Source of the DNA: a virus
Virus record (IMG/VR): IMGVR_UViG_3300043823_000198
Coordinates: 64,001-128,000 of that record
DNA: 64,000 nucleotides
Direction: 5' to 3' (one strand)
Shown: positions 47,845 through 57,110 of the stretch, piece by piece
Layout of the letters: each line of letters opens with the position of its first letter
Numbering within the stretch: position 1 is the stretch's first letter
The notes under the pieces: model-generated
Seen by the model: the letters and a program-made list of their open reading frames with translations, nothing else
What the model was told of the DNA's origin: nothing
Database searches by the model: none
Made by a program: the position numbers and the translations under genes

Positions 47845-47972
47845 TCGAACATATATGTGTAGTATGTGGACATGTCCACGATGAAGAACTTGAAGGTAAA
47901 TGGGAAGAACTTCCAGAAACATTTACTTGTCCAGAGTGTGGTGTGGGTAAAGAGGACTACGAAGTAATCTAA
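47841..47972 (+). CDS. Rubredoxin (43 aa), not in ORF track
   Basis: MIEHICVVCGHVHDEELEGKWEELPETFTCPECGVGKEDYEVI: two CxxCG knuckles; AAGGA SD, ATGA coupling. Confidence 0.9.
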   Translation: MIEHICVVCGHVHDEELEGKWEELPETFTCPECGVGKEDYEVI

Positions 47973-48006
47973 CAGATATTGGGGAGTAAAATCCCTAAAT
48001 ATCTGT

Positions 48007-48210
48007 ATGAAAGCACGATTATCACCACATCTTATCTCTTTCTTTCTCGTTCGCAGAGGAAATTGGTATCTAAAAGTATCTGTCTATAAAAATAGGCAGA
48101 TACTTGTTTTGCTTCAGCATGCATATGATATGGATAACATTGTTATACAATACTTCCATGACCAAAACAAAGCAGCAGAATTTATTGAACACATTATAGA
48201 GGAAGTATAA
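48007..48210 (+). CDS. Hypothetical protein
   Basis: CCTAAATA late-like box 5 nt upstream. Confidence 0.5.
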   Translation: MKARLSPHLISFFLVRRGNWYLKVSVYKNRQILVLLQHAYDMDNIVIQYFHDQNKAAEFIEHIIEEV

Positions 48211-48211
48211 A

Positions 48212-48496
48212 ATGATTAAAGTATTTAAACTCGTGAATGGTGAAGAACTCATTTCCAATGCAACTGGCAATGGTGGAAACGCATACGTTCTAAAAGATCC
48301 AGCGGCAATCGTAATCCAGCAAACCCAAAAGGGTGTTGGCGTTGCGTTGGCTCCATATATGCCATATGCCAACAGTGAGATTACTTTGTACCTTACAGCC
48401 ATTGTTTCTGAGTCAACCCCCAATGTGGACATGGAAAACGAATACAACCGAATTTTTGGCTCTGGCATAGAGATTGTTTCATCTATACAGCGATGA
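48212..48496 (+). CDS. Conserved T4-like small protein (Sm-like pattern)
   Basis: KLVNGEELI, LAPYMPY, YNRIFGSGI. Confidence 0.65.
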   Translation: MIKVFKLVNGEELISNATGNGGNAYVLKDPAAIVIQQTQKGVGVALAPYMPYANSEITLYLTAIVSESTPNVDMENEYNRIFGSGIEIVSSIQR

Positions 48497-48546
48497 GGCT
48501 CCAAAGTCCTCCAAAAGGCTTACAAAGGTAATAAAAAAGGTTTACT

Positions 48547-48627
48547 TTTCAATGACTTACGAATAACCCTACTTTTTAGTAGGGTTTTCATCATTTTACT
48601 TGACATTTACCTTCATAAGAGTATAAT
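48547..48627 (+). promoter_or_regulatory. Early promoter cassette 3
   Basis: IHF-like TTTCAATGACTTA 48547-48559 (plus, 1 mismatch), AACCCTACT-N4-AGTAGGGTT 48565-48586, TTGACA 48600-48605, N16, TATAAT 48622-48627. Confidence 0.78.
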
Positions 48628-48652
48628 TACTCTATTGATTGAAAGGATACAA

Positions 48653-48850
48653 ATGTTATATAAGTCTAAAGCTGAACTTCGTGCTGAAACTGAAAAACAA
48701 ATTGCTTTGTTTTTGAAGAAAGGTGGTTCCATTGAAATTGTAAAACCTCGCAAAGCTCCACGTTCTAAGATGGTTGCTAGATCAACAAGAGTTGCATCCA
48801 CTGGCACCTCTGGTTTCGCTGTTGGTTTCCCTAGAAAATCATTTGTTTAA
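48653..48850 (+). CDS. Small basic early protein
   Basis: AAGGA SD; FLKKGGSIEIV motif. Confidence 0.65.
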   Translation: MLYKSKAELRAETEKQIALFLKKGGSIEIVKPRKAPRSKMVARSTRVASTGTSGFAVGFPRKSFV

Positions 48851-48862
48851 TAGGAGTTAATT

Positions 48863-49327
48863 ATGGGTTTGGATATGTACCTGTCGGGTAAACGTCATAT
48901 GAGCAAGTATTTTGATAAAGAAGACTCTGTTCGTATCAAGAAAGTCAATGAAGCATTTGGTATCGATGGTATCGAAGATGAGGATTATGCAGCTCAAGAG
49001 GTCACTTTCCGACTTGGTTACTGGCGTAAGGCAAACCAGATTCACAAGTGGTTCGTTGACAAGTGCCAAAATGGAGTCGATGAATGTCAGGAAACATTTA
49101 TTACTCGCGACCAATTGCTTGACCTACAGAATACCTGCAAGCAAGTTCTTGCGGATATTAGTAAGGCTGATGAATTGTTACCAACTGGAAGTGGTTTCTT
49201 CTTTGGCTCAACGGATTATGATGAATGGTACATGCAAGATCTTGAGTATACCGTTGAGCGAATCCAAAAGATTCTCGATGATGAGGCTCTTAAACGATGT
49301 GATTTTTACTATCAAGCGAGTTGGTAA
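48863..49327 (+). CDS. Conserved phage hypothetical protein
   Basis: MGLDMYL, YWRKANQIHKWF, LPT.SGFFFGSTDYDEWY, YQASW. Confidence 0.75.
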   Translation: MGLDMYLSGKRHMSKYFDKEDSVRIKKVNEAFGIDGIEDEDYAAQEVTFRLGYWRKANQIHKWFVDKCQNGVDECQETFITRDQLLDLQNTCKQVLADISKADELLPTGSGFFFGSTDYDEWYMQDLEYTVERIQKILDDEALKRCDFYYQASW

Positions 49328-49515
49328 TGAGAGCTTTTCAAGAGACAACTAAGGACTGGGTTGGTGATGTTGCTAACCATATATACTACCTTACGGACAA
49401 TAAGGAGTATATGGTTGCGTTCTATAACGTCAACACAAAAGAGATAAAGAAGTTTATCAAACCAATCCGATTTGACATGAGACACAGAACATTTAAGGAA
49501 CTGAAACACAAATGA
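49327..49515 (+). CDS. Hypothetical protein
   Basis: TAATG/ATGA coupling. Confidence 0.55.
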   Translation: MRAFQETTKDWVGDVANHIYYLTDNKEYMVAFYNVNTKEIKKFIKPIRFDMRHRTFKELKHK

Positions 49516-50819
49516 ATATCGATGCTTTTTTGACCTCTCTTGCTTCGAATGCCTCACGTAACTTTAAGAAAGAACAGTTACAGGACAACGCTGACAATGA
49601 AATTCTGCGTAACGTAGTTCGGTTGGCTCTTGATCCATTTACTCAATTTTATATTCGTAAGATTCCAACCTATACACCTAATAAGGGTAAAGGTATTGAT
49701 CTTTCGTTTGCTTTGGACTCTTTATATGACCTTTCTTCTCGTCAGGTAACTGGTAATGCTGGTATTGCACATTTAAAAGGTATGTTAGAAGCATTGAATG
49801 AATCAGACGCAAAGGTAATTGAGAGAATCATTCAGAAAGATCTTAAGTGTGGTGTTCAGGCATCAACTGCCAATGACGTTTGGATGGGATTGATTCATGA
49901 GTACCCATGTATGCTATGTTCTCCTTTTGAACAGAAGCTGGTTGATAAGATTCCTTACCCAGCCTACGCACAAATGAAGATGGATGGTATGCGATTCAAC
50001 GCAATTGTTCGTGATGGTCAGGTTGAATTTCGCAGTCGTAACGGTAAAGAGATTAACCTACTTGGACATCTTGAGAAAGAGTTTGCCGCATTGGCTGGTG
50101 ACACTGATTGTGTATTTGACGGAGAGTTGTTGGTAATGTTTGAAGACGACCATCAATTTGCTGATCGTCAGACTGGTAACGGAATTCTAAACAAAGCCAA
50201 CAAGGGAACTATCAGCGAAGCAGAAGCCAAGTTGGTTCATGCATCAGTATGGGACATGATTCCCTACATGTACTTTGTTGACGGATATTGTCCAACTCCA
50301 TACTCTCAGCGTTTCTCAAAACTTGAGAAGTTGGTAACTGGTCAGAAGGCAAAAGACAAACGTATCTGGGCTGTTACGTCAACCATTGTTCAATCCTTCG
50401 ACGAGGCGCAAGCAATCTTTGAAGAATACTTGAGTCTTGGTTACGAAGGCATCATCCTCAAGGATGGTTCTGGTTGCTGGGAAGACAAACGTGCCAAACA
50501 CCAGATTAAATTCAAGGGCGAACTTGAATGTGACCTGAAAATTGTTGATGTTGAAGAGGGTAACGGTAAGGCTGCAGGATCTCTTGGTGCAATTATTTGT
50601 GAATCTTCAGATGGTGTTGTAAAGGTTCGAGTTGGGTCAGGGTTCAGTGATTCTCAACGCAAAGCATACTGGTCTGAAAATATAGTTGACAAAATTGTGG
50701 CAGTTAAGTATAATAGTCGAATCAAGAATAAACTTGGTGAGAACAGCCTGTTCCTTCCTGTGTTTATTGAACTTCGAGAAGATAAAGAAGTAGCAGATGC
50801 TTCTAAGATTATTAAATAA
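49512..50819 (+). CDS. gp30: ATP-dependent DNA ligase gp30
   Basis: KMDGMR, FDGEL, EGIILK, WEDKR, VGSGF, SLFLP. Confidence 0.96.
   Translation: MNIDAFLTSLASNASRNFKKEQLQDNADNEILRNVVRLALDPFTQFYIRKIPTYTPNKGKGIDLSFALDSLYDLSSRQVTGNAGIAHLKGMLEALNESDAKVIERIIQKDLKCGVQASTANDVWMGLIHEYPCMLCSPFEQKLVDKIPYPAYAQMKMDGMRFNAIVRDGQVEFRSRNGKEINLLGHLEKEFAALAGDTDCVFDGELLVMFEDDHQFADRQTGNGILNKANKGTISEAEAKLVHASVWDMIPYMYFVDGYCPTPYSQRFSKLEKLVTGQKAKDKRIWAVTSTIVQSFDEAQAIFEEYLSLGYEGIILKDGSGCWEDKRAKHQIKFKGELECDLKIVDVEEGNGKAAGSLGAIICESSDGVVKVRVGSGFSDSQRKAYWSENIVDKIVAVKYNSRIKNKLGENSLFLPVFIELREDKEVADASKIIK
50686..50714 (+). promoter_or_regulatory. Perfect sigma70 promoter embedded in ligase coding sequence
   Basis: TTGACA 50686-50691, N17, TATAAT 50709-50714. 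Confidence 0.7.
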
Positions 50820-50828
50820 GGATTTATT

Positions 50829-51500
50829 ATGCCGAATTATTGTGATAACAATTTAAGACTGAAACATTCAGATCAATCAAAAATTGATTCATTAGAGAAG
50901 ATGCTTTCTTCTGACAATCAAGAGTTATTTAATTATCTAAGACCAAATCCCAATGGAGATTGGAATTATGACTGGTCAATTAATAATTGGGGTTCAAAGT
51001 GGGATGCTTCTATAATTGATTGGGATAGAAATGATAATGAAATTTGGATTTCGTTTGAATCTGCATGGTCTCCACCAACAAAGTTATACGACTTTCTAAC
51101 TGAGAATGGTTGGGAAGTTGATGCAATTTATTATGAACCTGGAATGGGATATGGTGGAATTTATTTAAATGGTAATGATGATTATTATGAATTTGATATG
51201 ACCAATCGTGAAGACATTGAAAGTTTACCATTAGATTTGATTGAATATGGTGATCTTTTAAATAAGTTTGATGAATATGAGATTGATCGTCTCGAGGAAG
51301 AATGGGTAGATGCCGAACGAACAGAATGGTACCCGATGAATATTTCTCCTGTTCGTGATGGGTATTATGAACTTAATGTAAAGGGATATGAGGATAAACT
51401 CTTTGTTCACTTTGCCAAGTTTGTTAATGGTGAATGGGACTGGTGGAATCTAGACAGTGTTATTGAATGGCGTGGATTAACGAAAGATTATACGATATGA
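50829..51500 (+). CDS. DUF1281/YubB-like protein
   Basis: MPNYCDN, WYDW-like NWGSKWD, FESAWSPP, YYEPGM. Confidence 0.7.
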   Translation: MPNYCDNNLRLKHSDQSKIDSLEKMLSSDNQELFNYLRPNPNGDWNYDWSINNWGSKWDASIIDWDRNDNEIWISFESAWSPPTKLYDFLTENGWEVDAIYYEPGMGYGGIYLNGNDDYYEFDMTNREDIESLPLDLIEYGDLLNKFDEYEIDRLEEEWVDAERTEWYPMNISPVRDGYYELNVKGYEDKLFVHFAKFVNGEWDWWNLDSVIEWRGLTKDYTI

Positions 51501-51721
51501 TACTAGAAAGCATACTAATTAAGAAACGATTCTTTGATGCGAAGTCAGAAGCTGACGTCAATGAGTTTAAGAAATTTGTTGAATCACATTCATGGGGTGG
51601 TAAGCCATGCCCATTTTTCTTGGAGTTTCCATATCTGACAATTCCAGATATGATTAAAGACAAGATTATACATAATGCGCTCGGTTTAGAATTTGACAAA
51701 TTCCATCACATTGGAGTGTAA
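51497..51721 (+). CDS. Hypothetical protein
   Basis: ATGA coupling; WGGKPCPFFLEFPYLTIPDM. Confidence 0.6.
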   Translation: MILESILIKKRFFDAKSEADVNEFKKFVESHSWGGKPCPFFLEFPYLTIPDMIKDKIIHNALGLEFDKFHHIGV

Positions 51722-52153
51722 ATGAAAATAGTTATTAATAATTGTTTCGGTGGTTTTTCTCTATCATCAGAAGGTATAAAGAGATACTGCGAACTTAAGG
51801 GTATACCACATTGGATTGAAATTGATACACAATTCAAGTCAATGGAATTATATACTGTTTTTACAGTTCCAAAAGAAGAGCGTATTCCTGAGAAAAGAGG
51901 TGAAGATTTTTACAGCATGAATACTCAAGATCGTATTGAATATAACAAAGCATATTCTAAACAGATATTGGATCATCATGATATTCCTAGAGACGATGCA
52001 GCGTTGGTTCAATTAGTTGAAGAAGATTCTGTAAAATACTCTGGTATGCATGCTGAACTTAAAGTTGTAGAAATACCTGATGGTATTAAATGGATTATTG
52101 AAGAATATGATGGCAACGAACATGTTGCTGAAGAACATAGGGTTTGGTACTAA
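51722..52153 (+). CDS. Conserved phage hypothetical protein
   Basis: KIVINNCFGGFSLS, LKVVEIPD, IEEYDGNEHVAE. Confidence 0.7.
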   Translation: MKIVINNCFGGFSLSSEGIKRYCELKGIPHWIEIDTQFKSMELYTVFTVPKEERIPEKRGEDFYSMNTQDRIEYNKAYSKQILDHHDIPRDDAALVQLVEEDSVKYSGMHAELKVVEIPDGIKWIIEEYDGNEHVAEEHRVWY

Positions 52154-52208
52154 TTTCAATTGCACAGAATGTGTAACTTACACTATACAAACAAATGATT
52201 GGTGCATT

Positions 52209-52745
52209 ATGAACGAAGACAACTATGAAGTTTTCTCAAAACACATGAAGGAAAAGTATCCTCGCTATTGTGGTGAGGGTAAACACTTCGGTGGGTTTGC
52301 GGTTGGATCAGGATGGTATCCTATCCTAGAAGCTCTGATTGGGCAAATTGATTCCTATACTAAATGGCGTCGCCGCATGCGTGCCGAAGATCTACGTAAC
52401 CAACGTCTGGCTCGTAAGGGTCGAGATGCGGTTGTTGACAAAATCACTAATGGTCGTGGAGTATCATACTCATGGGAAGAAGAACGTATCAATAAGATTA
52501 TGGTCGGTGCAGATATTACACCACGTGTAGATTATATTCACATTGAACAAATCAAAGAGAAGTTCGGTGGTCTACGATTCTATTATTCTGGTGGCGATGA
52601 CACGATTGGTGGTATGGTAACTATGGCTGAGGTATGGGCTTCACAATCATGCGAAACCTGCGGTAACAGAGGTAAGAGTCGTAATGGTGGATGGATTCGT
52701 ACTCTTTGCGATCAACATGAAGAAGAAAGAAGGGTAAATCAATGA
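52209..52745 (+). CDS. Conserved phage hypothetical protein with CxxC
   Basis: QIKEKFGGLRFY, CETCG, GWIRTLC. Confidence 0.7.
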   Translation: MNEDNYEVFSKHMKEKYPRYCGEGKHFGGFAVGSGWYPILEALIGQIDSYTKWRRRMRAEDLRNQRLARKGRDAVVDKITNGRGVSYSWEEERINKIMVGADITPRVDYIHIEQIKEKFGGLRFYYSGGDDTIGGMVTMAEVWASQSCETCGNRGKSRNGGWIRTLCDQHEEERRVNQ

Positions 52746-53053
52746 AAAAGTATGTTATGGTTGAGGCGATTTCACAATTTCGCCAACGATATGTAATTGA
52801 AGTGCCTGATGACCATGATAAAGGAGACTTCCCATGTTCTTCTATTGAGTGGGCTGAAGATACTGTTACGATGGAACAGATGACAGAGTTTTCTCAGAAA
52901 TGGCTCGGTGAAACTATTATTGGATCTCGTGAAGTTACAAAGGAAGAAATCCTGCGTATATGTGATGAAGATAATGAATATTGTAAATCTTGGACAGATG
53001 ATCATAAATTTGATACGTTCGTTACTCCAATTGGATATGAAAGAGAACTATAA
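52742..53053 (+). CDS. Hypothetical protein
   Basis: Coupled at both ends. Confidence 0.6.
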   Translation: MKKYVMVEAISQFRQRYVIEVPDDHDKGDFPCSSIEWAEDTVTMEQMTEFSQKWLGETIIGSREVTKEEILRICDEDNEYCKSWTDDHKFDTFVTPIGYEREL

Positions 53054-53622
53054 TGTTTATCTTTGATGTAGAAACTCTTGGTGTTGAATCTACTTCAGTT
53101 GTTCTATCAGCTGCATTGATTCACTTTGACCCAGAGAAACAACCAACATATCAAGATCTACTTGATTCTGCTTTGTTTGTTAAGTTTGATTCCAAGGATC
53201 AAATCCAAAGACTCAAGCGTATTATTGATAAGGACACTCTAGAGTGGTGGTCTAAGCAGCATGAGTATACTCGTAAAGTTTCTTTCGATGTAGACGAACA
53301 CGACGTAAGTGCTGAAGCTGGTATTAAACTATTGCATGAATACATGAAAAAGTTTCCAAAGGCTCATGGTCAAACTATGTGGGCACGTGGTTCTCTTGAC
53401 CAGTTGGTGATCGATTCGCTGTGTAAAAAAGTTGACATGGAACCAATTACGAACTATAATATGTGGAGGGACGTTAGAACTGCCGTTGATATTTTGTGCG
53501 GAACTACTAACGGATATTGTGAAGTCGATCACCCAAACTTCGACAGAGCTGCAGTTATTAAACACCACCCTGTTCATGACTGTGCCCTTGATGCGATGAT
53601 GTTAATGTACGGAAAAACTTAA
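53053..53622 (+). CDS. DEDDh 3'-5' exonuclease (DexA-like)
   Basis: FDVETLG, TLEWW, WARG..D, RDVRT, HHPVHDCALD. Confidence 0.85.
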   Translation: MFIFDVETLGVESTSVVLSAALIHFDPEKQPTYQDLLDSALFVKFDSKDQIQRLKRIIDKDTLEWWSKQHEYTRKVSFDVDEHDVSAEAGIKLLHEYMKKFPKAHGQTMWARGSLDQLVIDSLCKKVDMEPITNYNMWRDVRTAVDILCGTTNGYCEVDHPNFDRAAVIKHHPVHDCALDAMMLMYGKT

Positions 53623-56108
53623 TGGAATTTTATACTTCAGTAAACCCCATGGGCGACAAGATCTTCGTCAGGGGTATTGAAAATGGTAAACGATACCAAC
53701 GCAAAATAGACTTTAGTCCTACGCTGTATGTAAACTCGAAGAAACCCTCCAAGTGGAAAACACTGGAGGGAACATTCGTTGATGAAGTACAGCCTGGAAC
53801 TATCAAAGAAACTCGTGACTTCATTAAACGCTACGATGGTGTTCAGGGTTTTGAAGTTTATGGTAATACAAACTACGCATACCAATACATCAGCGACACC
53901 TATGAAGGTGATGTTAATTGGGATATGGAACAGATTAAAGTATTTACTATTGACATTGAAACCAGCACGGAGAATGGATTCCCAGACATCCGATCAGCGA
54001 ACGAAGAAGTCCTTCTAATCACTATCAAAGATCTTCAAACAAAACGAATCATTACTTTCGGTAGCAAGTCCTACGTGAACCCACGTGAGGATGTTATCTA
54101 TGTTACCTGTAAGAATGAACACGCACTTCTAACTCAATTCCTTGAGTTTTGGATAAAGAGTTATCCCGATGTTATCACTGGATGGAATACAGACTTCTTT
54201 GACGTTCCATATCTTGTCCGTCGCATTGAACGTGAACTTGGTGATGGCGAGTCCAATAAAATTAGCCCATGGGGATATGTTAATGAACGCAAGACATTTA
54301 TCAAGGGTAATGAAGAAATCCACTATGATATTGTAGGTATTGCTCAGCTGGATTATCTTGAACTCTATAAGAAGTATACTTATCAGAAACAAGAATCATA
54401 TCGCCTAGACTACATCGCAGAGCAAGAACTCGGTGACAAGAAGAAAGAAAATCCAGGAGAGTCTTTCAAGGATTTTTATACAAATTACTGGCAATCGTTT
54501 GTTGACTATAACATTCATGACGTAGAGTTGGTTGATAAACTCGAAGACAAGATGCGTTTGATTGAACTGCATCTGACCATGGCATATAATGCGAAGATTA
54601 ACTTTGAAGATGTTTACTCACAGGTTCGTATGTGGGATACCATCATCTATAATCACCTGCGCAAGAAGGGTATTGTTATTCCTGCCAAGAATCATTCTGG
54701 AAAGGATGCTCAGTTTGAAGGCGCTTTTGTTAAAGATCCTATCATTGGATTGCATAAATGGATGGCTTCTTTCGACTTGAACTCTCTATATCCTCACTTG
54801 ATTATGCAGTATAACATCAGCCCAGAGACTCTGACCTCAGAGAAGCTGAGTGTGACTGTTGATAAGCTACTCAATCAAGAAGTTGATACAAGCTACTTGA
54901 AGCAACGCGACCTTGCTCTTACTGCCAACGGATGGACATATACCAAAGAATTCAAAGGGTTTATGCCAGAACTAATGGAAAAGATGTATAAAGATCGATC
55001 TAAATTCAAGAAGCAGATGCTCAGCGTTCAGCAACAGTACGAAAAGGATAAGTCTCAAAAACATCTCCTAAAAGATATATCTCGTTTGAATAACCTTCAG
55101 ATGGCCATGAAGATTGCGTTGAACTCAGCGTATGGTGCCATGGGTAACCAGTACTTTCGTTACTTTGATATTCGTATGGCTGAAGGGATTACTACTTCTG
55201 GTCAGTTGTCTATTCGTTGGATGGCAAACAAATTAAATGCCTTCATGAACAAAACTCTGAAGACCGAAGGTATAGATTATGTCGTTGCCATTGACACTGA
55301 CTCAATCTACCTGACACTTGAACATTTAGTTGAGAAAACCTGCGAAGGTAAAACAACTGAACAGAAGATCAAGTTTATGGATAAGATCTGCGAAGATGTT
55401 TTCCAACCATTCATTGACTCTGGTTATCAAGAGTTGGCTGAATATATGAATGCATATTCTCAGAAGATGCAGATGAAGCGAGAAGTTCTTGCCGATAAAG
55501 GTATTTGGACTGCCAAGAAACGCTACGTTCTAAATGTTCATAACTCTGAGGGTGTTCAGTTTGCCAAGCCAAAGGTAAAGGTGATGGGTCTTGAGATGGT
55601 TAAGTCGTCTACTCCAGCAATCATTCGCGATAAATTAAAGGATTCCATTGATGTTATTCTTCAGGGAGATCAGAAACTACTACATAATTATGTTACTGAG
55701 TTTAGAAAAGAGTTTGATAAATTACCTGTTCAAGATATTGCGTTTCCACGTGGTGTGAATGGTATTAAACAGTATGCTGGTTCTCCAATCTACTCAAAGG
55801 GAACACCTATCCATGTTCGTGGGGCGCTATTGTTTAATCATTATGTAAAGAAGATGGGGCTTGATAAAAAATATCAACCGATTCGGGATGGCGACAAGAT
55901 TAAATTCGTTTATGTTCGCAAACCAAATCCATTTCAAGAGGATGTGATTGCTTTCAGTCAGAAACTACCCGATGAGTTTGATTTGAAAACATACATAGAT
56001 TATGATAAACAATTTGAGAAAGTTTTTCTTGATGCGCTTCAGATTGTTATTGAACCACTAGGATGGAAAACACAGGAAGAAAATTCTTTGGAGAATTTCT
56101 TTGGATAA
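53622..56108 (+). CDS. gp43: Family B DNA polymerase gp43 (unsplit)
   Basis: DIET, SFDLNSLYP, KIALNSAYG, IDTDS, KKRY. Confidence 0.98.
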   Translation: MEFYTSVNPMGDKIFVRGIENGKRYQRKIDFSPTLYVNSKKPSKWKTLEGTFVDEVQPGTIKETRDFIKRYDGVQGFEVYGNTNYAYQYISDTYEGDVNWDMEQIKVFTIDIETSTENGFPDIRSANEEVLLITIKDLQTKRIITFGSKSYVNPREDVIYVTCKNEHALLTQFLEFWIKSYPDVITGWNTDFFDVPYLVRRIERELGDGESNKISPWGYVNERKTFIKGNEEIHYDIVGIAQLDYLELYKKYTYQKQESYRLDYIAEQELGDKKKENPGESFKDFYTNYWQSFVDYNIHDVELVDKLEDKMRLIELHLTMAYNAKINFEDVYSQVRMWDTIIYNHLRKKGIVIPAKNHSGKDAQFEGAFVKDPIIGLHKWMASFDLNSLYPHLIMQYNISPETLTSEKLSVTVDKLLNQEVDTSYLKQRDLALTANGWTYTKEFKGFMPELMEKMYKDRSKFKKQMLSVQQQYEKDKSQKHLLKDISRLNNLQMAMKIALNSAYGAMGNQYFRYFDIRMAEGITTSGQLSIRWMANKLNAFMNKTLKTEGIDYVVAIDTDSIYLTLEHLVEKTCEGKTTEQKIKFMDKICEDVFQPFIDSGYQELAEYMNAYSQKMQMKREVLADKGIWTAKKRYVLNVHNSEGVQFAKPKVKVMGLEMVKSSTPAIIRDKLKDSIDVILQGDQKLLHNYVTEFRKEFDKLPVQDIAFPRGVNGIKQYAGSPIYSKGTPIHVRGALLFNHYVKKMGLDKKYQPIRDGDKIKFVYVRKPNPFQEDVIAFSQKLPDEFDLKTYIDYDKQFEKVFLDALQIVIEPLGWKTQEENSLENFFG

Positions 56109-56652
56109 TATCAGAATAATTAAGACTGGTTTAAATGTTTCTAAAATATTGAAACAATTAAAAGATCATCCAGAAGATTGGGGAGCCCAAAAGAATATTG
56201 AAGGCATCCATAATGTTCATGACGACCATGGGTTTCCTGAAATTAATGCAGGTGTTTTGCAATTAGTCATTGGTGGTATATCCAAGCAAGGAGAATATGT
56301 TGGTGACACTGAACTTTGCAAACCAACAGATGCATTTTATAAACATACACACATAGTTTCTTTTTTGAAAAGACACTTTCACACATTTCGTAGATGTGGG
56401 TTTCTTTCTTTGCCAATTGGTGGTGAAGTAGGAACTCACATTGACGTTGGTAGCTACTACCAAACAAAGGACAGGTATCATCTATCAATTCAGGGTAGAT
56501 ACATATACACAGTGGGAGATGAATCCGTAACTGTTGAACCTGGAACTTTGTTGTGGTTCAATAATAAACTACCTCATGGAACAAAGAACATTGGTGATTG
56601 TGTTCGTGTTACTTTTGTATTTGATGTTCCGCATCACAAGAGTAATCCATAG
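56101..56652 (+). CDS. Asp/Asn beta-hydroxylase-like 2OG-Fe(II) oxygenase
   Basis: HID, RYHLSI, WFNNKLPH, RVTFVFD. Confidence 0.8.
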   Translation: MDNIRIIKTGLNVSKILKQLKDHPEDWGAQKNIEGIHNVHDDHGFPEINAGVLQLVIGGISKQGEYVGDTELCKPTDAFYKHTHIVSFLKRHFHTFRRCGFLSLPIGGEVGTHIDVGSYYQTKDRYHLSIQGRYIYTVGDESVTVEPGTLLWFNNKLPHGTKNIGDCVRVTFVFDVPHHKSNP

Positions 56653-56681
56653 TTGCTTTGCAATTAAATTCATAGTATAAT
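56653..56681 (+). promoter_or_regulatory. sigma70-like promoter TTGCTT-N17-TATAAT
   Basis: Intergenic upstream of thioredoxins/uvsX. Confidence 0.7.
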
Positions 56682-56699
56682 ATATTAAAGGAGAATGAT

Positions 56700-57110
56700 A
56701 TGAAGATTTTACGTTTCTATGCTGAATGGTGCGCACCCTGCGCTCAATTTAGTGAGATTTTAAAAGAAGTTAAAGAAAAACTTGGTGGCTCTTTCCCTGT
56801 TCAAATTGACTCAGTCAATATCGAAGAAAACATTATGGAAAGTATTGCCTATGACATTAAAAATATTCCGACACTCGTTCTCATTGATGACAAACGCAAC
56901 GAAATTAAACGTAGCGTTGGTGTTATGAGTGTTGATCAAACAATTGCATGGTTGAATGATACGTCACCAGTTTCTAAGTCAGAAGTCAAGAAACCAGCAG
57001 CAAAGAAAGCTCCAGCTAAAAAGGTTGCAGCTAAAAAGGTTGCAGCTAAAAAGGTTGCAGCTAAAAAGGTTGCAGCAAAGAAAGTAGCAAAACCAAAGGC
57101 AAAGAAATGA
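56700..57110 (+). CDS. Thioredoxin-like protein (WCAPC) with histone-H1-like Lys/Ala tail
   Basis: FYAEWCAPC, IPTL cis-Pro motif, KKVAA repeats. Confidence 0.8.
   Translation: MKILRFYAEWCAPCAQFSEILKEVKEKLGGSFPVQIDSVNIEENIMESIAYDIKNIPTLVLIDDKRNEIKRSVGVMSVDQTIAWLNDTSPVSKSEVKKPAAKKAPAKKVAAKKVAAKKVAAKKVAAKKVAKPKAKK
57013..57076 (+). repeat. 15-bp tandem repeat CAGCTAAAAAGGTTG x4 (+4 bp), encodes AAKKV
   Basis: Read directly. Confidence 0.95.

Noticed and set aside
52160-52186. Palindrome GTGTAACTTACAC with TTGCAC upstream as operator/promoter
   Set aside because: Single occurrence and no well-spaced -10; could be chance
57013-57076. Tandem repeats as CRISPR array
   Set aside because: No spacers; in-frame coding repeats
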